Shown here: positions 61,106 to 64,000 of the stretch, piece after piece | Numbering within the stretch: position 1 is the first letter of the stretch | Layout of the letters: each line of letters begins with the position of its first letter | Assembly (NCBI GenBank): GCA_963737155.1 | Contig: CAVTRN010000001.1 | Coordinates: 992,001-1,056,000, forward strand | Direction of reading: 5' to 3' | DNA: 64,000 nucleotides | Origin: Nitrospirota bacterium | Lineage (GTDB): Bacteria > Nitrospirota > UBA9217 | Translations under genes and position numbers: made by a program | Notes under the pieces: model-generated | The model's input: only the letters and a program-made list of their open reading frames with translations | The model's database searches: none | Told to the model about the DNA's origin: nothing

Positions 61106-62614
61106 TCATTCCTTTTTCGTAACTGTAACCTCATCTGTGCGCGGCGTCCTGTTCCACCATCCGCCCCCCAAAGCCTGGAAAAGCGCAGCGGTATCGGCAA
61201 ACCGCGCAGCTTGTGCGGCAACCAGGTTTATACGAGCCTCCTGGTGTTGGCGCTCCGCGTTGAGCAGCGACAAGTAATTCACCGCTCCGAGCTGGAACTG
61301 TTTTTTTGTAACATAGAATGTCTCGGCAGCCGCCGCTTCGGCGTTCGATTGCGCCTTGAGTGTTCGCGCATCGGTATCGAGCGCGCGCAGTACGTCTGCC
61401 ACGTTCTCGAAGGCGAGAAGCACGGTGGCGCGGTACTGGGCGTTGGCCTGATCGTAGGCGGCCACGGCTGCGCGGCGTTTGGCACTCAGCTCTCCGCCAT
61501 GAAACAACGGCTGCAACAGCCCTCCGGTCAGGCTCCATATTGTTGCGTTGCTGTTGAAGAGATTGCTCGTAGTAGTCGACTCCCACCCAAAGTTGCCGCT
61601 GAGTGTGATCTGCGGGTACATAGCTGCAGTGGCTACGCCGATCTCGGCGCTTGCCGCGTGGAGCAGAGCCTCCGATGCCCGGATATCGGGGCGCTGCCGG
61701 ACTAGGGACGAAGGCAGGCTGACCGGCAGCTCCTGCGGCAGCTGCAGTCCTTCTAGGTTGAATTCAGGCAGTGACGCAGCATCACTCGGCAGTTTACCTG
61801 CCAGTACGGCGAGCTGGTGACGGGTCTGCGCAAGCTCTTTTTCCAAGACCGGTAGCATGGCCTGGGTCTGCGCCACCTGCGCCCGCTGGGCAAGGACGTC
61901 GGTGCGCGCCACCGCCCCGATCTGGAACTGGCGGTCGACTACTTCGAGCTGCTTTTCCTGGTCCGCGATGATCTCCTGGGTTGTCCGAATCTGCGCGCGT
62001 AGCAGAGCTTCCTCGATCGCGGCGGTGACGATATTCGAGGTGATCGTGAGGTAAGCGCCTTCCAGCTGAAAACGCTCATAGTCGACTTGGGACCTGAGCG
62101 CTTCAAGCTCGCGCCGCGCGCCTCCGAACAGGTCGAACGTATACTGTACATTCACCGAAGCATTATAAAGAGTGAAGGGGGGAAACGTGGTAGATGGCTC
62201 ACCGAACTCCGCGCCCGAGATTTTCTGCCGGGAAGCCGAGACATCGGCATCCACGCTCGGGAAGAGCGCCGAACCGACTAACGCGCGAAGGTTTTCCCGC
62301 GCCTGGCGGAGCGTAGCCTGCGCCGAGTCCAGGGTTGGGTTGTCAGCCAGCGCCCGACGGATCAGCTCATCTAATTGCGCTGAATGCAGCAGTGTCCACC
62401 ACTGAGCGGGGATGTCTTTCCCAGGAGCAAAGCACTGCGAAACTCCGCCCGGACCCGGTGAAGAGGCTGTTTCAGGCGGCAGAGCAACCGCTGTGTAAAC
62501 GGTCGTGTCAGGGGCTGCGGGCGCGTGGAAATTCGGTCCCACGGCACAGGCGCTTAATACGATTCCCGTGGCTGCAGCAGCAATCGAAATTTTTCCAGGA
62601 AAACTCGCGCTCAC
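61106..62614 (-). CDS. RND outer-membrane factor lipoprotein
   Basis: LSAC-AVGP lipobox, QRPDI..E, ALGGGW; start uncertain. Confidence 0.92.
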   Translation of the reverse strand: MSASFPGKISIAAAATGIVLSACAVGPNFHAPAAPDTTVYTAVALPPETASSPGPGGVSQCFAPGKDIPAQWWTLLHSAQLDELIRRALADNPTLDSAQATLRQARENLRALVGSALFPSVDADVSASRQKISGAEFGEPSTTFPPFTLYNASVNVQYTFDLFGGARRELEALRSQVDYERFQLEGAYLTITSNIVTAAIEEALLRAQIRTTQEIIADQEKQLEVVDRQFQIGAVARTDVLAQRAQVAQTQAMLPVLEKELAQTRHQLAVLAGKLPSDAASLPEFNLEGLQLPQELPVSLPSSLVRQRPDIRASEALLHAASAEIGVATAAMYPQITLSGNFGWESTTTSNLFNSNATIWSLTGGLLQPLFHGGELSAKRRAAVAAYDQANAQYRATVLLAFENVADVLRALDTDARTLKAQSNAEAAAAETFYVTKKQFQLGAVNYLSLLNAERQHQEARINLVAAQAARFADTAALFQALGGGWWNRTPRTDEVTVTKKE

Positions 62615-62866
62615 GTTATGACTCTCCGGAATCTCATGTTGTAATGTAATCCTGAGGTGGTAAATTCCATTTTTATCCTTTATATTAAATAGCATACCAC
62701 GGTAGAAAGGCACTTTTCTTTTTTAACTGCCCGTAAAATCGAAATTGAGTGCAACGAATTAAAAAAGTTCAAAGATAAAGGTTCAGAGTGAAAGGATTCA
62801 AGCTTAGATATAGGATAGAGAGATGTATCCGGATAGCAGAACGTCATTCAGCTTGCAATTATTTCG

Positions 62867-64000
62867 CTATTTCCTGGTGAGCATGGACTCGACTGCATCT
62901 GCCGGAATGGGCTTGCTGAAGTAATAGCCCTGAACCATGTCACAACGCAGGATGTGAAGAATCTTCAATTGGTCCTCGGTTTCGACGCCCTCGGCAATGG
63001 TCTTCAAGTGAAGATTATGAGCCATGGAAACAATACTGGAAACAATTGCGCCGTCGTCGGGATTGTTGGTGATGTCGCGGACAAAGGAGATATCTATCTT
63101 CAGATTGTCCGCAGGCAGTTTTTTGAGGTAGCTCAGGGACGAGTAGCCCGTGCCAAAGTCGTCGATGCTGATGGAGATACCCATGTCTTTGAGTCTGCTG
63201 AGCAGCGCTCTCACTTGCTCGGGATTCTGCATCAACGTGCTTTCTGTAAGCTCGAAGGCTAGATTGCGCGGCTCGATGCCCGACTGCTTGACGGTGGCTT
63301 CGAGGAAATCGCCTAGGTCGGTCTGTTTGAACTGGACTGCCGAAAGGTTCGTTGTGACGGGCACCATGGCGTGCCCCCGGTCCTGCCAGACTCGGATCTG
63401 ACGGCATACTTCCTGGACGATCCATTGTCCCACATCGATAATCATTCTGGTTTCCTCAAGCACGGGTATGAAATTGGACGGATAGACGAAACCGTGCTCC
63501 GGACTTTTCCAGCGGATAAGCGACTCCATGCCCGCAATCTTTCGCGTGTGGACATCGAAATATGGCTGGTAATAGAGCAGGAATTCATTGTTCTTCAGGG
63601 CATGAAACAGGCTTTTCTGGATAAGGGCAAATGTCGATGCCAGGCGGTTCATGTCCGTGGTGAAAAACTGGTAGGTATTCAAACCCTGCTCGTGGGATTT
63701 GGTTAGGGCGACTTCCGAGTTCTTGATGAGGTTGGCTGCGTCCCCCGTATCTTGGGGAGCGACGGAAATCCCGATATGTATGTTCACACTGAGATCCGTT
63801 CCCCCTACCTGCAAGGTCTGTCTGGTTGCGTGGAAAACCTTGTTCACGACGATAACGATGTCCTGGGACTGGGCAACATCCACGAGCAGGATTGCGAACT
63901 TGTTCCTGCCAAGGCGCGCCACGGAGTCTCCTTCCCGCACGATCGCCGAAAGCCGTCGGCCTATTTCTTTCAGAACCTCGTCCCCGACTTCTGCCCCCAA
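62867..64000 (-). CDS. GGDEF-EAL protein, 5' part outside the window
   Basis: Degenerate RLGRNKF; ESLIRW, DDFGTGYSS, AEGVE, QGYYFSKP. Confidence 0.92.
   Translation of the reverse strand: MGAEVGDEVLKEIGRRLSAIVREGDSVARLGRNKFAILLVDVAQSQDIVIVVNKVFHATRQTLQVGGTDLSVNIHIGISVAPQDTGDAANLIKNSEVALTKSHEQGLNTYQFFTTDMNRLASTFALIQKSLFHALKNNEFLLYYQPYFDVHTRKIAGMESLIRWKSPEHGFVYPSNFIPVLEETRMIIDVGQWIVQEVCRQIRVWQDRGHAMVPVTTNLSAVQFKQTDLGDFLEATVKQSGIEPRNLAFELTESTLMQNPEQVRALLSRLKDMGISISIDDFGTGYSSLSYLKKLPADNLKIDISFVRDITNNPDDGAIVSSIVSMAHNLHLKTIAEGVETEDQLKILHILRCDMVQGYYFSKPIPADAVESMLTRK

Overview
Bacterial chromosomal window, moderately GC-rich. The gene content looks like an anaerobic or microaerophilic Nitrospirota/Desulfobacterota-type organism (inference only). 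Left to right: a b6f-type Rieske/cytochrome b operon with a decayed group II intron and a CxxCH relic where the cytochrome c gene would be; a tusA-yeeE-dsrEFH-like sulfur-relay cluster; a CFI-box-CTERM surface protein coupled to an outer-membrane barrel; LonC; a CC-adding-type tRNA nucleotidyltransferase; namZ plus a murU-amgK fusion; a type II secretion operon gspC-N; a ~19 kb sigma54/NtrBC nitrogen island; nitroreductase, pgk, htpG, an HPF-CSD fusion, an RND pump with an aldo-keto reductase, and a partial EAL protein. The nitrogen island holds a porin, an APC permease, a PP2C-Ser/Thr kinase fusion, SMR-amt-glnK, canonical amtB-glnK and two decayed paralogous units, with a PerR oxidative-stress operon in the middle. 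No rRNA, tRNA or CRISPR array was seen. The best candidates for an undescribed system are the porin/APC permease/kinase-phosphatase module and the co-diverged SMR-Amt-PII unit. All family calls are by eye from motifs; no searches were run.
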